DNA from: Octopus vulgaris
Taxonomy: Eukaryota
Assembly: GCA_951406725.2 (NCBI GenBank)
Contig: OX597814.1
Coordinates: forward strand, 47,802,001-47,866,000
Direction: 5' to 3'
Length of the DNA: 64,000 nt
Part shown: positions 10,309-23,283 of the stretch, piece by piece
Position numbering within the stretch: the stretch's first letter is position 1
Layout: each line of letters starts with the position of its first letter
Notes under the pieces: model-generated
The model's input: the letters and a program-made list of their open reading frames with translations, nothing else
Told to the model about the DNA's origin: nothing
Database searches by the model: none
Translations under genes and position numbers: made by a program

Positions 10309-13300
10309 TATTTCTTTATTACCCATAAGGGTTTACATAGATGGGGACATTCAATGATTTGGGGTCATGTGGATGAAATGGAGCTATTTACAGGGACATC
10401 GAATGGATTATTTACAATGAAAATGAAAATGAAATTGAACAAGAACAAACAAACAAAAAGGGACATATGAAGTCAAAAGAACAGGATAGCCGACCCCACG
10501 AGCCCTGTTATTTTAACTGAAACTTTTTGGTAAGGGATCACGGCGTGTTCATGCAAGGCCTTTCACACCTAGCATCCGTGCAACACGCATCCATCTTTTT
10601 TTGAATACAGACTCTGACAGACACATTTTCTCTAGCCCCACCTTCCTTTTCAGATGGAACTTGAAAAAGTTCGTTAGGGCGGTGCCAGAGATCATGGTGT
10701 CTGACATTATACCTTTCACTCTAGTCTTCCATATAACCCCTTTCGCAACTGCTACTATCACGAGAAAGCAATGCTTACCTTCGTTCGTCATGAAACCAGG
10801 CGGGTCAATTTTTAAGATTTACTCAGACGACAGCTGTACTCTTCTTCCGTCCGACAACAGGTGTTCGGCATAAACCCACACGTCCGAAATATCCGGACTG
10901 AACAATAGCGTGCAGGACTGTTTCCACATCCCGCCCGCATCTTGGACAGACCGATGGTCCACTGTGACCATACCTTGTGAGTTTATCTCGAACGGGTAAG
11001 GCTCCTCTGTAACATTGCCAGGCCAAGGACTTCTGAAAATTATCCAGTGTCCCTGGTCCGAATGTCCTTTAGAACAGGCTGTCTAACTGATTACCATCGA
11101 GACCCAGGGTCCTTCCCAGGGTATCGTCATTTCCGGCCTCTACCAACCTGCTATAGAACGCTGCGGTGGTACCAAAGCCGCCGGCATTGCCCGTGCTGCG
11201 GAAGTGTAAGAGAGCCTTACGGCACTCCCAATACCACATACTCAATCTTAGTCTGCGACGAAACCAGGTTTCTCTACCACCAAAACTGGCAAAACTGGGG
11301 AACATCTGTTTTGCGAGTGGGGACCACACCCGTTCACCTTCTAGGTATTGCCAAAGATGCCTCAACATCAGCGCATGTCTGCGCATCAACAGCCAAGGCA
11401 TCCCTAACCCACCCTTTAACGGCTTTTGACAACAGATAGAACGTCTCATAAGAGGAGTGGAACCCTTCCACAAAAAGCGAAAGATTTGCCTCTCCATCTT
11501 GCTCAATCACGAATCCGGACAAGGGACGACGGTTAGGCGGTATATGATGACCGATGCCATGAACACATTGGCCACCTCCGCCCTCCCTTTCAAGGATAGC
11601 CACCGCCAAGACCAAGTCTTGACCACGTGAGCCACCTTGCTCGCGACCTCAGACCAGTTCTTTTCTATCTGGAGACCTGGACCAAACCAGATCCCTAGCA
11701 ATTTAACCGGGGCCTCCGTCCAGCATCCCACGATGCTATTCGAAGCGAAGGCATCGACTTGCCAACCCAGGTGCCGAGTTGCAAGCCGACTGACTTTTCC
11801 CGGTTGGTTTTTGCTCCTGACACCGTCTCGTACTCCTTGATGGTGTCTCCTACATTCTGTAGGATGATGGTGGTGTCGTCCGCATACGCTGTAACAGATC
11901 CTCCTCCTCCTGGATTTGTCGGGATGACGCTCAGCTTTCGCAGTAATGGCTCGAGAGCCATCACATATAAAAGCGGAGAGAGCGGACACCCTTGACGAAC
12001 TGACCGTTTGATGCGGAACGACCTAGAAAGTAGACCGTTCACCCGAACGATCGAGTCGATGTTGTACAACTGTATAATCCACCTGAGGAAACCAGTACCC
12101 AGCCCGAACTGTGCGAGTACAGACACCAAGTAACGATGGTTCACCCTATCGAAAGCTTTACTCTGGTCTAAATGGACCAGTGCCCCACCCTTGCCAGAGT
12201 TATTCCCAAACCCTTCTACGGTGTAACGTATAAGGTGAAGATTATCCTGAATAGTTCTTCTGGGGACTGCAAAAGTTTGTGCCTCCTCGATCAGACCATC
12301 TGCGACACGCGTCAACCTTTTCGCTAACACCTTGGCCAAAATCTTCACCTCCGCGTTCAGCAGGGTGATAGGCCTAAAGTTATCTATTCTGTTTCCCTTG
12401 TCGAGGTCCTTCCTGATCAGTGTCACCACTCCCCGGCGTACAGACCTGGGAATCCTCCCATTCTGATACCAGTTTGCGAAAACGCTGGCCAGTATTGGCC
12501 CGAACAAGTCTGGCATACTTTTATATAGTTCGTAGGGTAAACCATCGAGTCCCGGCGCCTTACCTCTGCCACAGTCGGCTATGGCCTCAGTCACCTCCTC
12601 AGGCGTGATTGACCCTTCACAGCTCTCCGCATCCCGCCCCGAGAGGCGCGGCAGCCCGGCGAGGAAGCCCGTAAGGTCCACCCTCTCATCCGGTCCACCT
12701 TCACCCCCGAAAAGCTGGGCGAAGTGCTCCTGAAAAAGTCCGACACATCTCCTCGGGTTCGTTTACCACATCGCCCTTTTCGTTCGTCACAGACTTAATT
12801 GTGGAATCGTTTCCGTGTTGAGCCTCCACAACTCGTGCCCATCCGGCGGCCTTAATTCCCTCGCACCCCATTGCGCGAACTCTAGCTCTGACGATACAAC
12901 CCATATGCTTGGTTTCGAGGTGCTGGTTTAATTCCTGTCTCTTCACCTTCACCTGGGTCCCGTCGCCAGATCTTATGGCTTCTTCTAAAGCCTTAACTAG
13001 CCCCTCTTCTTTCTTACGCCTTTTATTTGCTAGTCCCATACTATATCTAATGGACTCGTATTTTATGGCTCTCTTGAGCGCTAACCACCATTTGTTGTTA
13101 AGAATGGAACCGGTTAACGCCCTCTGAATTTGTAACCTAATCCGGCTTCTGTACTCCTCAATCGCCAAAAGGGACTTATTGAGTTTCCAGTAACCGGATC
13201 CTTTTCTACATAACTTATCTAGGTACAGCTTACCAGTGACCATCTTGTGGTCACTGTAACTGACCAAGTGAAACTGTGGACACTTAACTATGCCTTTATC

Positions 13301-14056
13301 TAGTTCTCTAATAAAAATCATGTCTATGTAAGATTTGGAAGACCCGTCGCTATTTGACCACGTCCACAGTGGAGCGTCCGGGAATTCCAGTCTGTAAGGA
13401 TCTACTAGCTGAAAGCGACTCAGTAGATCTCGTAAGCCACTGTTAGGTTTCCTATCATCTTTGGAGCCAACACTATCGACACGCGCATTGACAATAGTGT
13501 TAAAGTCCCCTAGCATCACTATGGATTTTGACGTCCCTAGAAATTTCTCCAGGTCCCGAAAGTAATCAGTCTGATGTGATTGGGGTGCGTACACCGCCAC
13601 CAGCCTGATCTCCTTACCACAACTGAAAGTCAGACCTAAGACGACCAGCCCTACCCTCTGGGTCAACAAAAATTAACTTTTTCTCTGAAACTCTATTCCT
13701 TTTAAGTAGGACCAACACCCCACTTCCGCCACCCACCTGCCGACATGGAGAAATAAATTTCTCGTAGCCATCCAGGAGCGGGAGTAGATCTCTTGGCCCT
13801 TTCAACCGAGTTTCAGTAGCTACAACAACATCTAAATCGTTTCAGTAGCTACAACAACATCTAAATCGAACTGTTTCCAGTTCGTCATCAGGCCACGCAC
13901 ATTTAAACACCCTACTTGAACAGCCATAAATCACTTACTTTGTTTCTTCTGAGTCCGGGGGGCGAGGGAGAACCGCCTCCTCTTCGTCTGGGGCCCGTGG
14001 AGTCGGCTGGATCAGGCCCTCGTACAGACGGTTCGAAACCTCCATCCGCAGAAGGC
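10309..14056 (-). mobile_element. Tx1/L1-clade non-LTR retrotransposon, 5'-truncated within ORF1, decayed
   Basis: APE, RT and CCHC domains in order; 3' UTR ends AATAAAGAAATA; TSD GGACTACAACCATATTA at 10292-10308 and 14071-14087. Confidence 0.95.
10549..13927 (-). pseudogene. LINE ORF2 (AP-endonuclease, reverse transcriptase, zinc finger), broken by frameshifts and stops
   Basis: Start MAVQVGCLNVRGL (ATG at 13927). APE motifs AVYAP, MLGDFN, SYID, SDH, WKLN (12701-13669). RT motifs KAPGLDG, FRPITLLN, DQSKAFD, QGCPLSP, YADD (11695-12681). GGLGMP. CPRC...ETVLHA (10823-11026). Confidence 0.95.
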
Positions 14057-14257
14057 CTACAACCATATTAGGACTACAACCATATTAGAGCATCACTTTG
14101 AGTAGGGTATACTCGAACAGATCGAGCTCAGTGTTTTTTCTTAAAGTCTTGTATATTTCTATAAGTAGGCGAACAGAATGAAAACACACTCTCTTTCTCA
14201 CACATACACAAACACACACACACACATGCACGCACATACACACACATATGTGCTAGC

Positions 14258-14297
<40 letters not shown>

Positions 14298-14439
14298 GAG
14301 CAAAACACCACTCCGTTCAATGGACCATGCTGAGAACTTTTAAACCAAATTTTCTCAAAACAACTCGTCCGGGTGTGTTTTTTTTTCTCTCTCTCTCTCG
14401 TCTATCTTTTCTCTTTTAAAAAAAAAAGTTTTTCCCATT

Positions 14440-14795
14440 GTTCACTATTTTCCTCTTGTTCTAGTCTAATGCCCCCCTTTTTATTTTCGTTCGGTTTCCT
14501 TGTATGTCTCCACTATCATTTTTTTGTTCTCAACTTTGACCCTCCATAAATCTAAAATTTTATTTTAGAATTTATAGGAGCAACTGTCTTTGAAGACTCA
14601 TATTGTCGTTGAATGCTCGAAATGAGGAGTAGATAGACAGCCGACAACTGATGAAGGGTTATTTCTCTGTGTTAACTTGTCCTGTTTGCGATTTTTTCGT
14701 TGTTTACGTATTTCACTAGTTTTACCCTCGTTTGGTTACGCATTTCGTGTTATTTGCACCTTGGTGACGTCCTGTTCCCTTGTATGCATATATAT
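14440..14795 (+). mobile_element. Possible Penelope-like pseudo-LTR with degenerate hammerhead-like motif (14584-14640)
   Basis: CTGTCT-TTGAAGA-...-GAAA-...-AGACAG: stem I pairing is kept but the core and stem II are eroded; T-rich flanks. Confidence 0.35.
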
Positions 14796-14802
14796 ACAAT
14801 GA

Positions 14803-14950
14803 GCTTCTTTTAGTTTCCGTCTACTAAATCTCCTTGCATAGCTTTGGTTGGATCAGGGTTATAGTACGAAACAAATGCCCAAGGTGCCACGCAACGAGAC
14901 TGAACCCGAAACCATGTAACTGGACAGCACATTTCTTACCACACAGACAT
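14803..14950 (-). mobile_element. Family-C SINE 5' fragment
   Basis: TGCCCAAGGTGCCACGCA..GA.ACTGAACCCGAAACCATGT matches the head of 62535-62939. Confidence 0.75.
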
Positions 14951-15434
14951 ATGAATTATTTTTATTTAGTTTTAATATCTACTGAAAATCATCAAGTTCA
15001 ATCTCTTAAAGTAATCAGTGTGAACATTGAAATGCACAACTTATTTCATGGTTATCACTGTGGACGTTTCAATAGAAAGCGAAAGCAATAATCTTCAGAT
15101 CATGTAAGATTTACCTTGAACATAGGATTAAATGAAAACATAGTTTGTACTGAAGGATTAATCAACGATTTAGTATTTTGTTTTGTCTGACAACCTCAGA
15201 TTTTACACATGTTTTGTTGTTGTTGTAACCACAAAATTACTCGTATTCGGAAAATGATCAATTTCTAGAGTGGGAGGTAGACGAGAATGTAATCACTGTT
15301 GCAATTTAAGTTAGTTACAATCCAGAAATCGAGCCTGTGGCGTGATTTTTATTGTTGAAGTCTTTACGCCCGTAAACAAATGTTCATTATAGATGATGAC
15401 ATTATACGCTAGCATACACGCACAAGCATCTATA

Positions 15435-15588
15435 TGAGGAGGTGCTGAAAAGATCCTGGTTTTGAGTAAAAGAAAATACAGGAGGATCAGTTAATTATGA
15501 TTTTATTGCAGTGATCCGTCAGTTTTTCTAAGATCTGTAAAAAAAAAATCGGATACTCTTAAAGCCAAGACCTTTTCAGCACCCCTAA
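15435..15588. mobile_element. Tc1/mariner-type MITE
   Basis: Imperfect TIRs GAGGAGGTGCTGAAAAGATCCTGGTTTT and AAAGCCAAGACCTTTTCAGCACCCCT, flanked by TA. Confidence 0.75.
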
Positions 15589-17519
15589 TACTCTCAAAGC
15601 TGCATCATATTCTTTCTCCAGCAACTGCTAGCCACCAAACGTCTAAATGCATCCAAGATCATGCTTGAAAACACGAATCAATAGCATCATAAGAATCAGT
15701 GGTATTCAGTGGTGCACATCAAGGGAGGATGCACAGCTCTGTCACAACAAAACATTTAATGAAAGGCAGGGTTGTCAGAAACCTTTGGAGTGTTAGCAAC
15801 AGGGATAACCGCAGTCTAAATTGGACCAATAATCGAAAGCACTACCAATACTCCCTTCTGATCCCAAATGATCGTTGTGGTAGATGTATGTAGGGAACAG
15901 AAAGTGTTGTCTGAGGAGGAATTGTTGTAGTTTGATTCATGAGGTATGTTTATGTCTTAGTGTAGGTTGCTCAAAATGCAATGGTAGCTTAATAGTAACG
16001 TTATGTCTTCTCTTATGATAAGTGTAATGTCTTTATGATCATGCAGTTTATGTCGTAATGGTAATTAGTTTATAATGTCTCTGTATTGTCTTTACATCAG
16101 GGTGAGTTGTATTTATTGAAATGTCTCTCAAAGATAGTGTTTTGGAGTGTATTAAGATATTGGAGCTTGGAAGAGAACTTAGTGGCACAGTTGGTGTTGT
16201 CATATATATATTATTTAGTATTTTAATGGTTTTCACATGGCTGGGCTGTATCCTGAATCCTCGCATTTTAAATATGTTTTCGTGTCTTATTTGTGTGCCA
16301 GTATTGTTTTGTGATATCTATGTTTTGGATGCATGAATCTATGTAATTTAAAGACTTTCACCATAGTTTTGTTTCTCTTGCTTTACCGGAGAGTACTAAG
16401 GACTTGTGTGATTTGCAGTATTTCCTCATATCATTTCAATGTGACTGCTATGTATGATGAAGTAGTATATTCAGTTTTGTAATTTTAAACTTATGTGACG
16501 TATACTGCCTATCCTGAGCAGTACTCTGTATTTTTGTTGTGCATGGGTTTATTGTTATTTTTACTCTTGTTATTCTTATTGTTGTGAAGATCATTCTTTG
16601 AGCTGGAAAATTTAATAGAAAAATAATGGTTTACTGTTTTTTGCTTTATTTTATGTTGGAATGCAGTTTATGCTTAGGACATTTTTGTTTTGTATCATAG
16701 CTGTTGCATTTAGAAATACAAATCAGCTAACACCTTGAAAGTTTCATCAACTACAGCAAATTCACCCATTACTTCGGTTGGCAGAAGTTTCATTTTCTAC
16801 ATACACGCATTTACAGTTGCCTATTTCGTTTTCACTTAAAGTGATAAATGAAATATGTTTTTCCTACTCGAGACTATCCAGGTGCCATCTACTTACATTA
16901 TGTTAACGATCAAGCTTCCTCTCTTAAAACAGAATTTTCTCTTTTGAATTAAGCTTTGTATACCATGGTTGTGCTGTTTAAATTATATTTGAATTATATA
17001 TGAAGAGGCAAATAACACCCTAAATTTGGTAAGAGAGACTGATTTGGAGTAGAAAAATTTCTATAGCTAACATATTTGTATCTCTAATTCCTGTCTGAAT
17101 AATTAATTCCCTCTTGCTTCAAGTAGAGACTGCGCATATCTGCAAAAACTTAAATTTGACTTCAAATAATAAAACGAATATTATTCTGTATGCTTAAAAC
17201 TTGAAGCTCGTATTTCATCATTCTCTATGTAATCATTCTTTGTCTAATCAATGCGTGTTCATTCTCTTAGTATTTCACCTACCAGATTCCGTAATCTAAA
17301 AATGTCAAATTATTTATCCATAATTCAATCAATTTTATGGATCCTGTCGTAGAAAACCCGAAAAGATAGCAATCATTGGATTTTTTCATTTGGAAAGATT
17401 ATGAACTTATAGAAGTTATTCCGATCAGACAAAGGATTTAAAACATTCTATTTATATATATATATGTATTTCGTATCGATGACTTATAGCATATGGTGAA
17501 TGACTACAATAAGAATAAT

Positions 17520-17920
17520 TGTTTCTAATTTAGGGATAAGGGCTGAAGTTTTAGGGAAGAGGGAAAAGCGATTACGCTGACCCCAATACTTGTCGGGTAC
17601 TTTATTTTATCGACCCCGAAAGGATAACGACAAAGTTGACTTCTGCAGTATTTGAACTCAGAATGTAAAGAGCCGGAAGAAATACAACTAAGCATTTTGT
17701 CCAACGTGATAACGATTCTGCCAGCTCGCTGCCTTATTGCTTCCAATTTTCGGTTTAAGGCGAGCAACTACAGCTGGAAGGGGTTTGTCGATTATATTGA
17801 CCCCAGTGCTCACCTGGCATTTATTCTATTGACTCCGAAAGGATGAAAGGCAAAGCTGACCACAGCTGAATATGAACTCAAAACGAAGAAAGAAATACTT
17901 AGCAGCATTTCTTCCGAATC
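17520..17920 (-). mobile_element. Two tandem family-B SINE copies
   Basis: TTTATCGACCCCGAAAGGAT...TTGAACTCAGAA...GATTCTGCCAGCTCGCTGCC, followed by a second, more diverged copy. Confidence 0.8.
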
Positions 17921-19393
17921 GCTGTCTTGAAATTGCTTAAGACATGTATTAAGTTAATTGATGTTTCTCTTTATACGTTTCACATTATTAACGTCTGTCT
18001 AGACAAGTTACGTTTCTAAGTGGTTATACAATCCATATATGCTTGTCTATATGCAAACAGCTTGTTCTCTTTACGTACTGCAATGAGAGAAGGAAGAGAG
18101 CAACAGGATAAGCTACTGGAAAACTAATCGAGAGATCATAAGTTCGAATTCTGTTACAACCACTGATAGTTAAGTGACCTAAACACTGACTTCTCAACGA
18201 TTGATGCTACCTAATGAAAACAGCCGTTTTAAGTGGCAGCAGTACTGTAAAATTGGCAAGAGGTAAATCGTTAGCTTGCTGATTTCAAATCCTCTTTTGA
18301 GCTTGGAGAATCTCGTTCCATGTCTTCTTTCTTTTAATCATTATATGAAGACTGGGTCTTCAGTGTTACTGTATCCCAATATGCATTTGTGCATCATTAA
18401 TATTATCCAACCAGAAAAAAAAATGACTCTTATCTTTACTCGTTGATGTCACTAAATCTAGTTAGTATTTGTAATTCTTTTAATAGTTTTCAACTTTGAT
18501 TTTACGTATTTGAAAAATAAATAAATTTCATTTGGTAAAGCTCATTCCCGGACTGATTCCTCACGATCTTAAGAAAAAACACTATGATAAAAGATATAAT
18601 GAAACTTTACAACAAACAATTTGTGTATAATTTTATAGCCTAAAAGCATAATCATATAAAAAAAGTGTTTGGCATTTTCTTTAAAAAAAGTTGTTATCTG
18701 GATTCTATAACTTTAAAACTTAATATATGCATCAATGAAGCCATCATAAATCTCAGAGCTCACTGTTTGTTTCTTTTATTCATTACTTTTTAATTAATCA
18801 CCCTTCACAAAAGACTGAACATGTGTATGAACTTCTGTTCAGCAGAGGAAAGTCTCAAATTACAACCCGCTACAAAGAACAAAGCGTTTATTATGAAATA
18901 GTATTATGAAGTGTACACAACTACATTCTGTGAAAATGGAAAATACTTTCTGGATAAAAAGTGTCATGGTTTTTATCTTTTATGCAAGTACATACACACA
19001 GTGCACATATACATACATATGCCAATGAGAAAATATCGATATTCTAGTTTCGCCTACGACTATAAATGGCATTGCCATTTAAAACATTTCTTTTCATGTG
19101 ACTAACATAAACAAGATGAAAGCTGAAATAAATCTTCTGGTTTTACATGCCTCTGTTTTTAATACGACTCATCGTTCAAACTTTTGTAGTTTCGAATACT
19201 CTTTTTTCACTTTTGTTATTATCAATGATCTTTTATGCATTATTTTTATTGATAGATTACTGAAAATTCTTTGAGGATCTCTTGATGAAATACGCTTTGT
19301 ATTATTTCCATTCGTTATCAACTGTACAGAATAAATATATAGTATGTAATAATATACATACATATATAGATACATTTATATATAGATAGATAA

Positions 19394-19438
<45 letters not shown>

Positions 19439-20221
19439 ATATATTTTGTCAATAGTATGTGTTTCAGTAAATAACTAGAAACTATTGCACATCAAACTTT
19501 TTCAAGTGTTTCAGTCTTATCACAACCATTCCTATCAAAATTACTCACACATCAGAACGAATATTATGAACACTTTAACTGACAGATGTTGAAGTCACAT
19601 CAGACAATTAAATGGGATCATGAAAAAAGTTCTCCGAAATAACTCTATTAACGAGTAGAGTTGGCACATATTTTTTTTGTTTGAAGTTTCTGTGGCCATA
19701 TGTTCGAAATTGCCATAGTTAATATCTGTCCAGCACATACATGGTTCTCACAATTCCACAATTGAATGATTAGACAGTGACTATTAGTGTTGTCTTTAGA
19801 TTCAAGCCACCCTTGATTGAGCAGATCTATGCTCCAAATTATTCTATATGTAACTTCGCCGTTGTTTTGTATATCTAGAACCACTTTGTCCAATGTATCC
19901 TTTCTGTTTTAAGAATACAGGGCTATGTTACAGTAAATAGATAGAGACGGAATATGTTGCTTGATAGCAGAAATAAAATTCCGTTATAGTAAGTCAACCT
20001 ACTATTCATTTAAGAGTTTTAAAATAAGTTCGAACAACATATTAGAAAAATATTTAGACAAACAAGCTGTTTTTGTATCGTGGACACAAATATTCACTGG
20101 AATATCTAACTGCAGAAACAACTACTACCACAACACGAATTTAGCTTTGTCCTTACTCCTATACAATATCAGATGATTGAGGTGAGATCCTACGAATTAA
20201 GTCATTTTAATACTTAATTTA

Positions 20222-20435
20222 GGTGATCAGTAAGCTGGAAGAATCGTTACCATGTCGGCCAAAATGATCAGCGGCTTATCTTCCGACTCTTTACGTTCAG
20301 AGTTCAAATTTCTCCGAGACCGACTTTGTCTTTTACCCTTTGGGGTCGATAAAATAAAGTACCAGTTAAGTACTGGGATAGATGTACTCGACTTACCGCT
20401 GCCTTAAAAATTACTGACTTTGTGCTATAGTTAAA
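20222..20435 (+). mobile_element. Family-B SINE
   Basis: AGCTGGAAGAATCGTTA...GAGTTCAAATT...GGGGTCGATAAAATAAAGTACCAG. Confidence 0.8.
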
Positions 20436-21091
20436 AATAATAATCAATATTGGTGTATAGAAGAAATATGTGAATGTTGTTATACTTTACGGTTTTGGGC
20501 TGAACTGAACATGTATACGAAACATGATAATATCAGAACAACCCAGTATTATACAGCCTGTCACTCTTGCGCCTGCTGCTGTTTATCATTATCATAATCA
20601 AATGCACACATAGCTGGAATAGCTATAGACGTATAACCATCAAATAAACAACGAATAGCAAAAGATCACACGCATGATGAAGCAGCTTTATTATTATTGT
20701 TGTTGTTGTTTTTTTTCTTTTGTAAAGTTATCTAATGTGGGATCAAGAACGAAGGTTTATTCAACTGACTCCAATGCATTACATATTATTTGACTGAACA
20801 TATAAGAATGGGAAACAAGGCTGAACCAGGTGGGATTTGAATGCCGGATGTCAAGTATTTAGTTTGGTGTGAGATTGCTTCCACCATCGTTCAGAAGAAG
20901 AATAAAAAGCCCATTTCTCTTTGATAACAAGCAATTTATATTTTGTTCTTTAAGGTTTTGTTGGTAGAATTGAGTTAAGATATCCAATATAGTCTACCAA
21001 AGTAGGAATAACCAAACGTATGGAAGTAGAAATTAATTCATTGTTATATCATACTAAATGCGAGTGGATACGGCTATAAATAATAATTAAT

Positions 21092-21690
21092 GATGGTCAG
21101 CTGAAAAGATCATTGGCTGATCAAGAATGGAATGTAGCAAATGAGGTTTATTTTTCAACATAATCCCCCTTACGGTCCACACACGTTTTCCATCGGTGTT
21201 GCAGTGCCTGAATTCCATTGGTGAAGACGCTTTCAGCGGCAGATATGACATCATCTCTGTGACACTGGTTCCCAGTCAAGAGTTTTTTTCATATTGATGA
21301 ATAGTCAGATGGGGCCCAAATTGGGAGAATAGGGAGGTTGTCCGTTGAAACCAAGGACTTATGTGCTGGAGCATTGTTCTGATGAAACAAGACCCATTTC
21401 ATTAGTTTTCCTGGTTGTTTGGTCTGGATTACCTTTCGTAGCTGCCTCAGCAAGTTGACATGGTACTCTCCATTGATGGTGTGACTCTTTTGAAGATAGT
21501 CATAAACACAATGCATCCAAAAAACTGAGGCCAGATGAAACGACTTTGGCCTTATTTGGAGCAGGCGAGGTGTTTTCATTGCATGGATTGTCTCTTTGTC
21601 TCTGGCTCAAAATGATAAAGCCAACACTCATCCAGGATTAGGAAATATTCAAGGAAACCAGCAGGGTCTACCTAAAACAATGTCAGATTC
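21092..21690 (-). mobile_element. Mariner transposase remnant (catalytic DD34D region)
   Basis: ASVFW...DYLQKSHTINGEYHVNLLRQLR...KWVLFHQNNAPAHKS...APSDY; TIR-like GCTGAAAAG near 21100. Confidence 0.85.
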
Positions 21691-21739
21691 TCCCGTGATT
21701 ATTTTTTTTTGTTATCGTGGTTGCTATCGACGTCATTGT

Positions 21740-21945
21740 TTAGCTTCAGTTAGATTAGGGCAGATTTATGACCAAAGGTATTCATGTCGTAAACATTGTC
21801 TTCTCTTTTTTTTTTTCATTTTCAAAGCTAAATATACTCGTGTGTATATAATCCAATATGTCCCTCACTTTTTAAGAACAGATGTAATTTGAGGGAGATT
21901 TGAATGCTATTTCTGGCAGATCGAGCGACTATGTAGAGACTCCTC
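21740..21945 (-). mobile_element. Short interspersed repeat, family D
   Basis: Reverse complement resembles 28275-28461, which ends in (AAC)n, and 45900-46075: GAAATAGC..CCAAATCT..CTCAAATTAC... Confidence 0.55.
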
Positions 21946-22584
21946 CGTTGAAATTAGGAAATGATGTTATGGTTTTCATTTCAATATACAAAATTTAAAG
22001 AAAAAAGATTTTCTTGCAAATAGAATAGAAAAGAAAAAATCTAGGAAATCTCATTTCCATACTACTTGAGTTTTTAAAATCTAATTCGGTTTGTCATAAG
22101 TTAAATTCGCACAAAATCAATTAGGAACAGGGATAATTAACTTGTAAATGAATTGGCCAAGCCTTATATCCAAAAATCTTTAAGTAAGGTAATTAATTAC
22201 TTAAACACTAAATAGTTTATTGAACTAACCACAGACACACACATACGATGTAAGAACAATGGTATACACCATACAGACGTATACAGAAAAACATATATTA
22301 TTTTTATTTCAGAAATAGTAGTATGGACAAACAACTCACATAAGGGATTTGCTAACAAAAACAGATCGAAAACATAATAAACGGATGAGATTAATCTCCA
22401 TAAGTTTATCAAATTAGCCACTTAATCGAATTACACATTTAGAGAGTTATTAACGCCACAGTTCACTATCAGAGTCATACACTTATACATGTGTACCTAG
22501 TGATGTCAATGTGTTTATACATGATTATATTGATATACATTTATACTTTATGCGAGCGTGCACGCAGACACACACACACACACA

Positions 22585-22653
<69 letters not shown>

Positions 22654-22668
22654 ACACACACACATATA

Positions 22669-22698
<30 letters not shown>

Positions 22699-22702
<4 letters not shown>

Positions 22703-22807
22703 CACATTGAAAACACCGGTTCTCGTCCGTTCACAGAAGTTAAGCAACGTCAAGCCTAGTTAATACTTAGATGGATGACCACTTGTGAAACCTAGGTGCT
22801 GTAAGCA
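22699..22807 (+). pseudogene. 5S rRNA-derived sequence missing about 10 nt at the 5' end
   Basis: ATATCACATTGAAAACACCGGTTCTCGTCCGTTCACAGAAGTTAAGCAACGTCAAGCCTAGTTAATACTTAGATGGATGACC...CCTAGGTGCTGTAAGCA aligns with molluscan 5S rRNA, including the internal control region, with several substitutions. Confidence 0.92.
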
Positions 22808-22820
22808 CCTCACACTTTTT

Positions 22821-22880
22821 AAGGCGGTGCTCCAGCATGGCTGTTTCAGTCATTTACTGAAACAGGTGAAATAATAAAAT
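22821..22880 (+). mobile_element. CR1-type retroposon 3' tail fused downstream of the 5S sequence
   Basis: AAGGCGGTGCTCCAGCATGGCTGTTTCAGTCATTTACTGAAACAGGTGAAA matches the family-C tail (29099-29163) and the CR1 end (53195-53250). Confidence 0.85.
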
Positions 22881-23283
22881 TATATATATATATATAGACA
22901 CACATAAGCATAAAGAAAGAGAGAGAGAGAGAGGGAGAGAGCGAGAGAGAGAGATTCACATGTCACAAATTAGTATTTATAATGTTTTATGTCATATATG
23001 TTAAAAGTTTTTGCGATTAATTTGTAAATATTTAATCAGATTATTAACTTTAATTCTGTTCAAAATCTTTAAATCGGAGTGTGATACTTCACCGTTTTAG
23101 TTGAATAAACTACACTTCTAGGACTGAGTGGCTAACGAAATAGCAGAAACATTTCGGCTGCTTAATTTATTGGGAGATTGTCGGGCACTCTGTATTTCAA
23201 TCGGTAACACGGTCATCAAAAAACAAAAACAAACAAGAAAAGAAATGCCCTATAGATATGCAGTTCAGGTCTTATCTTTAATC

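Noticed and set aside
22699-22807. Functional 5S rRNA gene
   Set aside because: The 5' end is missing, conserved positions are substituted, it is not in an array, and it is fused to a retroposon tail.
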